64,000 nucleotides of DNA. It comes from Cyanidioschyzon merolae. Lineage: Eukaryota. Made by a program: the position numbers and the translations under genes. Location: the NCBI GenBank assembly GCA_000091205.1, contig AP006491.2; one strand, 5' to 3'. Positions within the stretch are counted from its first letter, which is position 1. Every line of letters starts with the position of its first letter. Positions 1 through 11,971 of this stretch are shown here, in pieces. Below the pieces are notes generated by a model. It ran no database searches, had not been told where the DNA came from, and was given only the letters and a program-made list of their open reading frames with translations.

Positions 1-759
1 GATGTGGAAGTTCCGCGTTCGGCACTGGCTCCGGATTGCTCACAATGACATGCTGTTTCGCAGCCTCTCCGAAGCAGCCGAGGGCATCTTCTAGTCGAGG
101 TAGCCGAACGGCCTCCAAGGCCGGTTTTCCACGCTCGGCATCCTGGCCAGCGCAGTAGACAACGGGACCCAAGCCACGAGCCAACAACGCTATCTGTGCT
201 GTTTGCTCGATCGGTAACGCTGCCACAAAGTGCAAGTCTTTCTTTTCAGGTGCAAACTCGACGAGTAACAGTTCACTGCGTGCACTCGAGGAGAGCCCGC
301 TTCTGTACGCGGGTGTCTGTGTCGCGGGCCTGCCGCCCGACGCTACCACGAAACGCACTCTGTTCCGAGCCGCGTCAGACAGCTGCCCTGTACTCCCTGT
401 GAAGACCGGAAGAATGCCGCGGGCGGGTTGTTTGATCCCGATCGCAGCCGAAGCTGTCTCCATGGTGCACGAGGGAGAGGTTCCTGGTGTTCTCTCTGCA
501 CTCAGGACACCAGCATGGTGCAGCTAGATCCTGTTGCTGGTGAAGCGTGCCACGAGCAGCGCACCGTTCAAGCGCAGCGTGCTCGATGCGAAAGCACTGG
601 TAGCTCGCTGGGCGTGTCGGTCGTCCCAGTCGTAGCGTTTTCGCGCACCAGCGGATGAGTTGCAGTGAAGGAGTAGAGCGGCATAGGGTCGAGGCCAGCG
701 GGTACGTCGAAGCTGTCCCAGTACGAATAGTCCATAAAAGTATAGCATCCAATCAACCC

Positions 760-1165
760 TCCGTTCGCCTGAAGCGTACCATGTCCGTTGCTACCCTCTG
801 TCTTCCGTTTCGATGGTACTCCATCCCCAGGTATCGGTAACCAAATGCTTTTTCGCGGTTTATAGAAGAAGCGTTCCGAGCGCGTTGATTTTGAGAAATA
901 AAGAATCTGAGGGAAAAGTATGAAGGCGTGGATTTCGGGTACCCGGTGTCGTCAGGCGCCGGAAATAAACGAACAAAACATCGTATTGCTGCCGACAATC
1001 GAGCGATGAAGAGCAATTGACGAAAAATAGAAGACGGTTGGAGATAGGGGAGAAAAGGTGTTTGTAAGACGGGACGATGACGAGAGTGTAGTGGTTCAGA
1101 AGGGCACGAATGCGAGGAATCCTTGCAGCAGTGCATTCAACAAGAGGCAACAAACGCAAGGAGTT
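760..1165 (+). mobile_element. Right-end fragment (A') of a Fanzor/TnpB-like transposon. It holds the C-terminal RuvC-III region and 3' flank. It abuts the truncated 3' end of copy A tail to tail.
   Basis: The plus strand reads ...TRGNKRKEFVNSW..., which matches the ...GKKRMEFVNRDF(H/N)(A/T)(V/A)IN(V/I)R... block of copies B and C. About 300 bp upstream aligns with the copy C region 21660-22060 at roughly 70% identity. Antisense ORF 860-1159 matches antisense ORF 21806-22069 (MRLLPLVE.T...PRIRAL). Confidence 0.5.
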
Positions 1166-3120
1166 TGTGAACTCGTGGCCTTCTTGCCATTTCCTTTTCG
1201 GTTAGCGCTACGTGCTTTCCTATCTCCCAAGCGGGTCGCTGGCAATTTCCCATCTCGATCCTCTGGAGTTTACAGCCCAGTTCGTGGTGTGTGATTACGA
1301 TGTCCGGAACTCATCTATCGGTATGGTCACGAAACCGTCTGCGCACTCCTTGCACGTTCTTGTCGACGGTGCTGGTATGCTCTCTCTTTGGGTCACCCGC
1401 CGTCCTGCTCCATACGTTACCACGAGCCTCTGACTCTTGTCCTCCTTGAGGACGCTCAACTCATTGAAAAAGCTGGTCAACGCATGCTCCCTTCCCACAA
1501 TACAAGCTCAAACACAGACGAGCTCACGGAAGTTTGGTGTACGCTTTCCACAGCGCCTCGTCATGCGCAGCTTGAGTGTCCATGACCTCTGGAAAATCTT
1601 GAAAATCCGCATGTCGGATCGTCACCTCGCTCATAGCTTCCCTGTGATCCTTCATTCCTGCATTCCATGTCTCAATTTTCTTCCCTGCATTCATGATTCC
1701 CGATTCTCGATAGTATCTCGCGCTCGAGAGCCTCAAAAGTCGCATATCTCTCTGACGTACTCTACCCTCAGTATCATCTTCCGCACGCTTGGGTACAGCG
1801 ATGGTAATGATGTTCGTGTTGCCGGGGTCCGCGCCGACGACAAAGTCGTTCTCCTGCACCTTGTTCGTCGTAGGACACGCCTTCTTGTTATCTTCGTGCT
1901 CCGCCGACGGCGATATCGAGGACGAAACAGGACGAGCTGCCTTCAACTGCCGATCGTGAACACACTAGGATACTCCATCGGTTTCGATGATGCCCGTGAA
2001 TACCGTTTTCTTGCTCGTTTCGAGACGCTCGAAATCGAAGATATTCTTCCAGGGCTTCTCGCGGTTTTCACCGGTGAACCCTGTCTTCCTTACATCGAAC
2101 CCCCGGACAGATCTCCTTCATGATGCCGTAGAGGACTCCGGCGTCGATCGTTCCAAAATCGAACTTGATGATGCATAATGGAACGACGTTGAAGCGCTTC
2201 CCCATTAGGGTCGCCCACCGTTTCAACGACTCTTCGTTTGCTTCCACACCGTGCTCCATATCCGCCTCGGGATCGAGTTGTCGGTCCAGAAACACGAAAT
2301 ATCGCACGACGAGGCGATCGTGTCTTTCCTTGATGTTTTTCAACTCTGATATCTTTTCTGCTGGATTCGGCATCCCCAGCACCGCACGGTGCTCTCCTAT
2401 AACCGCACGGATGACAGAAGCTTCGCTCGTGCTCTCGTTCGACGCCTTCGCTCCGACGAATTCGATCTCATCTTCATTCTGACTATCGTTCGCGATGCCA
2501 TTGATGATGGCCTTTGTCGCTCTGCAAGAGGGGCCCGCGTCCAGCGCAGACACGGCGCGTATCATGAAATGTTCGAGGTTCACGGTCATGCGGTTCTTCA
2601 GGTTCTCGTGGTGCTTCATTGCCCCGTATTCGTAAATATCCGCGTCACCCTTGTATCGAGTACCGTTGGAGCGGTATTTCGCGAAGTTTTCGTGGAGGGC
2701 ATACATTCGCGCATTTCTCCTCGACGTTTCCCGCGTGCCAATCATCAGATGACGAATACAGGTCTTGTCGAAAAATTCTTCCGGAACCTCGACTGTTTTG
2801 GTGTCCATCACGTCGCGATACATATCTCTCGCGATATGCATCAGTGCTACAGCAGCGAAAAGAACACGCATAGAGTGCGACTCGAAACGGGGTCTGATGG
2901 CGTCTCGCAACTTCTGCCTACGTGGATCCTCGATATGTTTGAGAAGACAGGCTTTCACCAGCATCTCGTGGTACTGTCGTCTTTCGTGCAGCTTTTGACG
3001 TAGGGCCTCGCCCTTTTGCTTCTTCGTCCTGTTTCGTTCCTATCCCATTAGCACTGTTTGTCGTTTTTCTCCGCCTGCCGGTAGCAAGGGCCCTTCAGGA
3101 TCCCCGACTTGCACCCGCAT
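1165..3120 (-). pseudogene. Fanzor/TnpB-like RuvC nuclease pseudogene (copy A). It has multiple frameshifts, an early in-frame stop and a truncated C-terminus.
   Basis: Three reading frames are needed to follow the homology with copy B. The frameshift positions differ from those in B, so they are not shared introns. Confidence 0.55.
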
Positions 3121-4150
3121 AGCTTTGCTTTGGCGTTTTTATTTCGTCAAAACGACCGCACGTCTTTTTGGCCTTAGATGAGGGCTTTCTCGGAGGGAGC
3201 GTGGCTTTCGCAAGAAAAACGACATGTGCCCCGATGTGTTACCGAGTAATGAACGCTCAGCGTTTCGCCCGGGGGAGCGATCATCACGTTTCACGATAGA
3301 AAACACTCCTACAATGCGCTTGAACCACGGAGCGCACAGACGAACAAAAATCACCCCTACCCCGATAGAATCGGCAAAAAGCTCGAACGCAAGCGATATG
3401 GTGATATGCCACGTTGCCCAATAGAAGGACGTCGCCAGACGTCCGGTAAAAGTCTTCAATGCTTGGACAAATTGGTTGGTGCTGTTGCATGTGTCTTTTC
3501 TACAAGTGAAACTGAGGCCACCAAATAAATCTTCTAAAGCTATAATAGATGATGATTTCGTCGTTCTCTTCGAGCTCGATCGAACGTACAACGGGCGTCC
3601 TTCACCTCGAATACCCATTGACGCTCCGAGCGTGCCTTGCGAAGCAAGTTTCATCAACTGAACAAACAAACTGACGATCCGGTGGTTCCTATCGATCGTG
3701 ACGTTCCAGGGACTCTGTTATTGCGATTTGGATGGAAGATGCCATTGCTTGAACGATGACTCTTTTTGAGATTGTATCCCAGTGTTTTCAGGATCATAGG
3801 CGCGACTTGGTGAGAAACAGAGACGCCTGTGGCGACTATGATCGTCGCTGTTGCTTTCCGAAAATGGTGATCAACGGATCGTTTTCTAAGATCGACTGCA
3901 AGCGACCTCTATGAATATCGATCTCTGGCACGGAGTGCATCTACATTTTTCTTATAGTTTTCGCCAACCATCTGAGTACGTCGGTATGACTGTCCTAAAC
4001 GAGGAATGCAGTCCTCCTTGGACTGTTCAGAAATGAATGTAAATGCTACATGCAAATCATCTACGATCTACACTATGCATTGCATTGCGATTTCGATCTC
4101 CTAGACATCGCAGCGGAAGTGAAACAGAATTTAGTACAAAGACTACAAGA
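1165..4150 (-). mobile_element. Fanzor/TnpB-like transposon copy A. The nuclease pseudo-ORF runs from about 3120 down to about 1165 on the minus strand, and at least 1 kb of shared 5' element sequence lies at 3139-4150.
   Basis: Minus-strand ORFs 2068-2964, 1524-1946 and 1295-1498 sit in three different frames. They are collinear with copy B at the amino-acid level: [33 protein letters not shown] (a RuvC-I-like DxG motif) and [15 protein letters not shown]. The reconstructed start codon is at 3118-3120 (MRVQVGDPEGP, against B's MEKEVEDPGGP), with an in-frame stop soon after. The 3' end is truncated at about 1165. Region 3139-4150 aligns, reverse-complemented, with 20770-21460 of copy C. Confidence 0.6.
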
Positions 4151-6025
4151 ACGGAAACCTCGGGCCTCTTTGATGGTAGCGTTCACGCATCCGATAGATG
4201 CCAATATGACACATCTGGTGAAAAAGCAGCTAAACATTCGCGTCGATTCGTTTTCTGGGTCTGTTCAGGGCATGGTGCTGGCATGTGCGTGCTGGCACTC
4301 ACCAGCACTCACTGAACGTTGCTTTGCAGTCGCGAAATGCGAAAGCATCCCGCTCCAACGCGAGTTCGCGGTGATGAACTTGTCTTCAGCATCGCTTCCA
4401 AAGTCCGAATGCGACCAGCAAATGCCTCTTCATGGGAAGCTTGCGGCAAATACCATTTCAGTTTGACATGGATGAATTCGTGCTCGACATTTCACGAGTG
4501 CAGCGCAAGAGGTCAATTCACTGTCCGCTTACACCTGTGCATGCGACGGCAACATAGAAACCGCAAACGAGTGCTCTGCATTCATTGGAAATACCCTGCA
4601 GCATAGGCATCTGGATCCCATCCAATCGTTCAGAGCGCTTTTCCGCACGGCGCTGCTGAGGGCGCACTGATCCGTAAAACGCTTGGGATGTTTCGGAAGA
4701 CATCTCGCTGCCTTTCGAGTCGAGCTTGTTGCGAGAGGAAAACCCAGCAGCCGGGGGACGTGCACGAGTTGCGTTTTTGCTATGAGCGCTGCGCGATCGT
4801 CATCGACGAGCATGGTGAGTCCGGCAGCGCCGGCGGACCCCTGTGCTAGGCTCAGGGAGGAGGCGCTGCGCTGCTTCGGGGAAGCCAAGCGCCAGCCTGG
4901 GGCACACGATACCTGTCGCGAAAAGAAAGAGTGCTATCGACGCTGTCGTGACCTTTGGCTGGCCGAAATACGCAAGGCACGACGTGGAGAGCGACTTCCG
5001 AACCCGGCGGTGACGGGCCAAACGCCGGACACCAGCTAAACCTCGCTCTGGGTGGTAATCGTCCGCAACCTGTGCGGCCGACTGGGATGATTTCCACGTT
5101 GAAAGCACCTTTGGACTTTGTTGGCTTTTTGGGGAGTCTTCGCAGATCAGAGCTGTTGTCGTCGAGGTTACCCGCGGCCGCCTGCTCGCTGGTCGGCACT
5201 CGAGTCTGGGGCAGCCTGGTGCAGGCGACGTGCTGCGTTCGCTACAAGCAGCGCGTTCTGCGGTATCCGGAACTTTGTTATTCCAAGACCTCTTTTGGAG
5301 CGCAAGGCGCCACAAGCGGTAACGAGCATCCAGTAGCAAGCAAGCAAGCTGGCAGAGACGCGCCCCCGATAAAGTGCACGTGTGCAAGTATGCCTGCAGC
5401 GCTGCCGTCGACAACGGACTTGTCTCTGTGCAGCCAGTGCATGATACCGATATGCGTCCGTTCACGCTTCGTCTGCATCAGGCCAGCAACTGGTCTGATG
5501 ATATTCTCCAGGCAGCGATTGAGATGAACCTGTCGTGGGGCTGTCTGTTTATGGAAGCGCGCCATGTAGGTATACCTTGTCAAGAGTTGGTCGTGGGAAC
5601 AAGGACGCCTCTCCATTCCGTCGTTTTGCGTCTCGTGTAGTACTCGAATCCGATATCCACCGGTGCATCCAAGGCGCTACGTTCAATGCCGTGGAGCGTG
5701 ACCTCGAGACACTGCCGGGTTCCCGCTTCGTGCGTGCCCTTCCTGAGACTGTTTCGCACCGCGTTTCAACATGTATTCGGAAAGGACGCGTCTTTAGCGC
5801 TGCTCCTCGGTTCCATCCATCACAGTCTGGTCGTGAACAGACGCGTCGAACGTGCGCAGCAGAAACGGGAACCCCGAAAACGTCTCGTTACGAGGCCGTC
5901 TCCGCTGGCCCACAGGCCGTATGATCGCGCATTGCACTACGACCAAGTCAAGCTAAAAGCATGTCGTTTACCATTCGAGGTCTGTGCGACCGCGCGCTCC
6001 AACACGTTAGGTTTTTTAGAGAACA

Positions 6026-6739
6026 TCACTTCCACCACGGATTCTCACCAGTTCGAAAGTCGGTCTCCTTCCAGGGTTTGATCTCTACGAACCCGTCATC
6101 ATCCACTTCGGTATGTGCCAGAGCGAGCGACAGCGGAGCCGGACCGCGCACCACCTTCCCTGTACGATCGTACTGCGAACCATGGCACGGGCAAATGAAC
6201 TTGTTCTGTGCTGCGTTCCAAGGCACCACGCAGCCAAGGTGCGTGCAAACAGCATTCAGTGCGTAGGTTTCGAGCTCGCCGGCGTCGTTCACAACAAGAT
6301 ACGTGGGCTCCCCGTTTAGGCCCTGCACAAGGTCACGAGAGCCGGGGGGATGCGTCTTCAGATAATCCTCCTTCTTGATAGGCGTCCCGAGGGCGTCCTT
6401 TGCAATCACACCGCCTGAGCCTTTGTTCTTCAGTGGCGGCACGAAGAAGCTGGCGTACGTGCCAAGCATGATGCTTGCTGGGAGTCCAACTGAACCCACT
6501 AGAATGAGGTTCAGCAGCGTGCGCTTCCCCATATCTGGGATGTAGTCGTCATCGGATCCCGAGGAGCCGCCACCGCTGCCGCTCCCTCCACGCGCGTCAT
6601 CAACTGTACTCGGCCGCGCAAACGTCATGCGCAGCGCCACGCGCTTCCTGCCCAGCGTTGTAGGCTGGCGTTCGACTGCACCAGGATGACACCGAGACAC
6701 CGTTCTAAACGTAATGCTATTTGTTGTAAGCACGAACAT
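6026..6739 (-). CDS. petC: Cytochrome b6-f complex Rieske iron-sulfur subunit (PetC), nuclear-encoded plastid precursor
   Basis: It carries the Rieske [2Fe-2S] boxes [11 protein letters not shown] and CPCHGSQYD, followed by [14 protein letters not shown]. There is an N-terminal presequence ([14 protein letters not shown]...) and a Gly/Ser-rich linker before the transmembrane helix. Confidence 0.9.
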   Translation of the reverse strand: MFVLTTNSITFRTVSRCHPGAVERQPTTLGRKRVALRMTFARPSTVDDARGGSGSGGGSSGSDDDYIPDMGKRTLLNLILVGSVGLPASIMLGTYASFFVPPLKNKGSGGVIAKDALGTPIKKEDYLKTHPPGSRDLVQGLNGEPTYLVVNDAGELETYALNAVCTHLGCVVPWNAAQNKFICPCHGSQYDRTGKVVRGPAPLSLALAHTEVDDDGFVEIKPWKETDFRTGENPWWK

Positions 6740-6999
6740 TAGCCAGAGTTATAAACAAAAACGAACCTACAAGTTGAACTCGTAGAAGAACGCAAACGTT
6801 CACACACAACACGAACAAGCAACTCGCCTTGTGATCGTCGACGATGGACGGCAGCGTGCTCGCGATGCAGGGCTTCGGGGGCGCGCGGCGTTGGACGCTA
6901 CCGCCGCCGATGGCGACGCTATAGACGCTGCCGCGTTTTCGCTCGATGTGCCTGCGCTGGAAAAAAGGAACGCTGCTATCGCTTTGAGAGACAGCAACA

Positions 7000-7700
7000 T
7001 CTGGGTATCACTGTGGTAAATGAAGGCCAGCCACTTACTTTGAGTGTAGTACTAGCAACGAATGGTCCCGTAGCTGAGCCCCAGTGCTCGCGAGTGGCCA
7101 GTGAACTCATACTCTACCTTCTAGGTGGAAGGTCCAGTGAACGAGATGCGCACACGGGACCAGTGTTACGCGCACCTACTCACTGGTGGGTGGCAAGCAC
7201 AAGCCCGAGTCGCCAACCGAGGGCGACGCTTTCCGTGTACGATCACGCAGGAGAGAGGCGGCTCCCAGGATTCATCGTAACAGCCAAGTTTCTCCAACGT
7301 GTTGTGCAGCGAAAGCAAGTTTTGCATCCGCAGGCTGTCCGAGCGCAAACTGACGACGAGACCCGATTCTTTGTCGAGTGAAGCACGCCTCGAGCAGACG
7401 CCGTCTGTGGTACGGCAACGCCGTTCTGTTTCTGTGCTACGACAGCACCGGCGCTACAAGCGCTATTGAGGCGGATGTTCACGGGCAGGCACTCGGCGCC
7501 CGATAGCACGTCTGAAACGCCAGTACATCCGAGACGAAGTATGGATTATGAAACTTGGACGTAAGGCGTGGAATGACGAAAGTTTCACCGCGCGCAGGCT
7601 CCAAGCGCACAGAGTCGCGGCACGCTCGCCTGTGTGAGAAGTTTTCACATGGAACAAAATCCGCTGCCTTTGCTGTTGCCGCTGATTGTTCTCCAATGAC
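7000..7700 (+). repeat. Dispersed repeat family R2, copy 1 (about 700 bp, non-coding). It carries an internal 5S-rRNA-like segment on the minus strand at about 7350-7470.
   Basis: Region 7000-7700 aligns, reverse-complemented, with 49690-50360. One 60-bp block, gagaggcggctcccaggattcatc.taacagccaagtttctccaacgtgttgtgcagcg, is nearly identical between copies. Partial copies lie at 13068-13215 and 19109-19320. Confidence 0.6.
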
Positions 7701-7920
7701 AAAACATTTACATGGTATTTGGATTCCAGATAGCGAGATGGATAGGTACTGGTGATCGAAAAAGTGTCCATCGTGATGCACTCTACCTCCATGCCCCATT
7801 ACTTATACTTACTTTCGGATGTACTGATCGTTTTGTGCGTTCTGTAGTGCGCCGAGTGCCTGCTTTGAGCAACCGCCTTAGCGCCTAAACTGCTGAAGCA
7901 GATACTGCACGGAGATAGAA

Positions 7921-8020
7921 CGGCGTTGCCATACCACTGAGGGCGCCGGATCGATGAACGCTTCACCTGATACAGCGTTGGAATGCACAATAATTCTGGG
8001 AGCCTGTAGGCTAAACAGAC
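7921..8020 (+). ncRNA. 5S rRNA-like segment, truncated (about 95 nt). It is probably a pseudogene or a 5S-derived repeat module.
   Basis: The 5' part acggcgttGCCATACCACtgaGGgCGCCgGATC resembles the 5S 5' consensus cTACGGCCATACCACcCTGAAcGCGCCCGATC. The 3' part tCTGGGAgCCTGTAGGCT resembles the 5S 3' end CCTGGGAA...GCTGTAGGCT. The middle is shortened and terminal helix I complementarity is not kept. Confidence 0.35.
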
Positions 8021-8539
8021 ACAACTACTGCCTGCGAAAGCGCGAACCGATATATTAGGAGTCTACTGCGATCCGGGCGACGACCAAACACAGCATCCCG
8101 CGTCTAGTCCCAGAATGAACTGCGTTGCGGACGAGCTGCTCAGGTCTCGCCACAGCGCCCGCTACTGGGGGGAGCACGAAGCACGAGTCTGGGAGACTCG
8201 TCCTGCTCGCGGGACTTTTCGCCTAGAGGGAGGATTCTTCAGAATATGGAAACCTTTTTCCCCGTTTTCAAAGTTTATCGTAGAACGGGAGAGAAATTGC
8301 TGTATCGTTGCTCGCTAGTCGTGAGTCTCTCTTCTTTGTTCTACATAGTGCTGTCGATTTGCGCACCAGGGAGATCTGTCAGTTTCGAGTCACGACGCGT
8401 ATGCTGCCGTTGAAGGGAAACGCGATCCTGATCAATAGCGTGCTGCTCTAATGTGCAAGTTGTACTTGCGTTAAAGACGTAGCAAAGTACAGTTCTTCAG
8501 TTCATTTGTGTCTCAAACCTCAAACAAGTGTATTCAACT

Positions 8540-10900
8540 GTTTTTTCGCAGTATATAACTGAAGCGTTCAAAGTCCGTTACAAAAGATAAAAAAGGAAAG
8601 TTATGGAAAAGGAAGTGGAGGATCCTGGAGGCCCAGTGTGGCTGGCCGCCAGAAAAAAAAACAAAAAAATAGTGCCGAGTCCAGAAGAAAACGAAGCGAG
8701 AAAGAAGCAAAATGGGGGCCCTACGTCGAAGGCTGCAAGAAAGACGTCTGTACAACGAGACGGTGGTGAAAGCCTGTCTTCGTAAACATACCAAGGATCC
8801 GTACAAGGCAAAGTTGCGAGGCGCTATCAGAAACCGTGTCGGGTTGTAATCCATAACGATTATAAAGGGGTCGTCAGTACGAATGCATTTGGCGAGGGAG
8901 ATGTACGAAGACGTGACGCACGTGGAAACAGTCGAGGTTCTGGTCGAGTTTTTCGACAAGACCTCTATTCGTCACCTGATGCTTGGTACGGGGGAATCGT
9001 CGACAAAGAAAGAGCTAGTGCATGCCCTCCACGAAAACTTCGCAGAATTCCGCTTCGAGGGAACTCGATACAAGGGTGACGGAAATATTTACACATGCGG
9101 GGTGATGAAGTACATCACGAACCTGAGGAACCATTTGACTATGAACCCGGAGCGTTTCATGATACGCACCGTCTTTGCGCTGTACTCGGGCCTGTCTCGC
9201 AAAGGAGTATGGGCGATTACCAATGGCATCACGAACGATCGCAAGCATGATGAGATCGAATTCGTCGACAGGAAGGCGTCACGCAGGAGAAGGTTTAAAA
9301 CTTCTGTCATCCGTGCGGTTATACAAGAGCACCGCGCAGTCTTGGGGTTGGCGAATTCAATAGAAAACATATCAGAGTTGGAAAAAGATAAGGAAAGATA
9401 CGATCGCCTCATTCTGCGCTATTTAGTGTTCTTAGACCGAGAACTCGAACGCAAGGCAGAGGTGAAGCTGAGTGAGGAAAAAATGAAGAGTGGAGGAGAC
9501 GGAAGGCTGACCTAATGGGGAAGCGCTTTAACGGCGTTCCGTTGTGCAACACCAAGTCACATTTCGTGAGTATCGACTCCAGACTCTTTTACGGCATCAC
9601 GAAGGAGATCAGTCCCGACTTCAATGTTAGCAGGGAGGACTTCACCGGCGAAAACCGGGAGACGTGCGGTAAGAAAAGTATCTTCTATTTCAAACGTCTG
9701 AAAGTGAGCAAACAAAAGATATTCACTGGGATGATCGAAACCGATGGAGTAGCCATGTGTGCACACTATCGGCGCTTGACGACAGATCGTCCAGTTCCGC
9801 CCGTGACGAAGCATGAAGAGAAGAAGGATGCGGGTCCTGCGATGCAGGAGGTGGAGGATAACGACCTGGTCGTTGACGCGACGAAGCATGAAGATAACAA
9901 CAAGGCGGCTCCTGCGACGCAGAAAGTGCAAGATATCGACTTTGTCGTTGGCGCGGACCCCGGAAACACAAATATCATCACCATCGCAGCACCGAAGTGT
10001 GCGGAAGATGGTACTGACGGTAGTTTACGTCAGAAAGACATGCGTCTATTGAGGTTCTCGAGAGCTAGATACTACCGAGAATCGGGAATCATGAATGCGG
10101 GGAAGAAAATCGAGAGCTGGAATTCAGGAATGAAGGATCACCTAGAAGCTTTGAGCGAGGTGACGAGCCGCGGAGCCGACATTGAAGCTTTTCGGGAGTC
10201 CATGGAAGGTCCGCGTTGCTCATTGGGATACGCTGTGGGAAGAGTACACCAAGCGCCGGTGGGCTCGTCTGCGTAAGAATCTGTATTGTGGTAAGCAACG
10301 TGCATTTGCCAACTTTTTCAATGCGTTGAGCGCCCTCAAGGAGAATGAAAGTCAGAGGCTCGTCGTAGCGTACGGAGCAGAGCGCTGGGCGTCCAAAAAA
10401 GGGACTACACCAGCTCCGTCGACAAGAACGTACAAGGAGTGCGCACGGCGTTTCGCTACGATACCTGTAGACGAGTTCCGAACATCGTATACACACCACG
10501 AACTGGGGTGTACGCATCACAGAGTGGAGATGGAAACGTGCCAGAGGAGTCCTGAGGATATAAAAAAATACGGAGCGCTGATGGAGGGGCAAATGGAAAG
10601 GAGGGCGAAATTTAGCGGATTGCTTGCATTAGTAAGTACACTCAATGATGGCAAGAAACGGATGGAATTCGTGAACAGAGACTTTCACGCAGTGATCAAT
10701 GTAAGATGTGCGGTAATGGAGAAAAGGCCTCGATACTGGACACGAGAGAACTTTGTTGGACAACCTCTCAAAGTGGAACTATATAAGAAAAAGCTGGAAG
10801 CAGTAATGGGTGGCCGGTCCAAAAAAACTGGGAGGCGTCAGCACATCAGTTAGAGACGATTTGTCTAGGGCGCGTTCGCCGCCACTGCTGAACACCGTCG
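8540..10900 (+). mobile_element. Fanzor/TnpB-like transposon copy B (divergent subfamily) with a decayed nuclease ORF
   Basis: ORFs 8603-8785, 8883-9515, 9515-10276 and 10182-10853 lie in alternating frames. Together they reconstruct a protein of about 750 aa with [17 protein letters not shown] (RuvC-I), [42 protein letters not shown] (a degenerate Zn-ribbon position) and KRMEFVNRDFHAVINVRCAV (RuvC-III, RDxNAAxNI-like). Amino-acid identity to copy A is about 55-60%. Sequence upstream of the start codon (beyond about 60 bp) is unrelated to copy A. Confidence 0.6.
8603..10853 (+). pseudogene. Fanzor/TnpB-like RuvC nuclease pseudogene (copy B). It has at least three frameshifts and one in-frame stop.
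   Basis: The frames are 8603 to 8712 (+1 to 0), a stop near 8835, a shift at 9515 and a shift near 10190. Part of the acidic N-terminal segment is tandemly duplicated ([24 protein letters not shown] / [24 protein letters not shown]). Confidence 0.55.
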
Positions 10901-11029
10901 GCGTCGTTCGACTTTTGCAAAGTGTTCGGTATCGGTGTCGGTGACGGTGTCGGTGCGGTGTGCGTTTCAGTTGCTGCCCTGCGCTTTCGAGCATCAGCTT
11001 ATATAACTCTGTGCACACGTGAACTGCCA

Positions 11030-11971
11030 ATGGCTGAGACTTGCTCATTTCGCGGATACTTGAAGGGCCATGGAAACTGGGTAACGGCACTCGCCACGCC
11101 TCCGGACTCCGTAGACACACTGGTTTCGGTTTCTCGCGATAAGACCCTGATCTGGTGGGAACTCACCGGCGAGGAGGGCGACTACGGGCGCCCGCGGAAG
11201 GCCCTACACGGCCATAACCACTTCATAAGCGATGTGTGTCTCAGCTCAGATGGCCAGTTTGCGTTGACGTCTTCTTGGGACAAGGAGTTGCGGCTCTGGG
11301 ATCTGCAGCTTGGTGAGTCGGTCCGACGTTTCGTCGGGCACCGCAAAGATGTGCTCTCTGTGGCGTTCAGCCCGGACAACCGCCAAATAGTTTCGGCTTC
11401 ACGTGATCGCACGATAAAGATGTGGAACATTTTGGGCCAGTGCAAGTATGAGATCGTGGAAGACTCGCATACCGCATGGATTAGTTGCGTGCGGCTATCG
11501 CCGTCTCCGGCGGTTCCGTGTTTTGTTTCGTGCGGCTGGGATAAGCTGGTGAAGGTCTGGGATCTGGCCACCTGCCAGTTAAAGTTTAATCTGGTCGGTC
11601 ATACTGGCTACCTCAACTGCGTCACCATCTCACCAGACGGAAGTTTGTGCGCCAGCGGCGGACGTGACGGCTCGGTGATGCTCTGGGACCTACAGCAGGG
11701 GCAGCACCTGCACACACTCGAGGGAACCGAGGAGATCTATGCGCTCTGCTTCTCTCCGAGCCGCTACTGGCTATGTGCTGCAACTAGCAGCTCCGTGAAG
11801 ATCTGGGATCTCGAAACCAAGTCCGTGGTGGAGAACCTGCGTGATGAATCGTTCTTCGGCCCAAAGACGGCCCAAGCGCCACCGTGTATCTGCATGGCGT
11901 GGTCTTCGGATGGTGCAACGCTGTTCTGTGGACACACCGATAATCTCATTCGCGTTTGGGCTGTCATCTAG
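11030..11971 (+). CDS. RACK1: RACK1 (receptor for activated C kinase 1 / guanine nucleotide-binding protein beta-2-like 1), a seven-WD40 ribosomal scaffold protein
   Basis: The [24 protein letters not shown] start continues with [85 protein letters not shown]. The gene is intronless, about 314 aa. A TATA-like tatataactctg sits about 35 bp upstream. Confidence 0.92.
   Translation: MAETCSFRGYLKGHGNWVTALATPPDSVDTLVSVSRDKTLIWWELTGEEGDYGRPRKALHGHNHFISDVCLSSDGQFALTSSWDKELRLWDLQLGESVRRFVGHRKDVLSVAFSPDNRQIVSASRDRTIKMWNILGQCKYEIVEDSHTAWISCVRLSPSPAVPCFVSCGWDKLVKVWDLATCQLKFNLVGHTGYLNCVTISPDGSLCASGGRDGSVMLWDLQQGQHLHTLEGTEEIYALCFSPSRYWLCAATSSSVKIWDLETKSVVENLRDESFFGPKTAQAPPCICMAWSSDGATLFCGHTDNLIRVWAVI

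Noticed and set aside
7243-7799. Protein-coding potential of the R2 repeat (ORFs of about 100-160 aa on both strands, for example 7013-7381 plus and 49867-50355 minus)
   Set aside because: Conservation between copies is at the nucleotide level, with substitutions that are not biased towards synonymous sites. ORFs are open on both strands, as expected for GC-rich non-coding repeats, and no domain is recognisable.
8603-10853. The frame changes in the Fanzor-like ORFs could be spliceosomal introns rather than pseudogenising frameshifts
   Set aside because: The frame-change positions differ between copies A and B. The shifts are 1 to 2 nt with no intervening sequence, and every other gene in the window is intronless. 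The GTGAGT at about 21999 in copy C, which could be a splice donor, is isolated and has no supporting acceptor or branch context.
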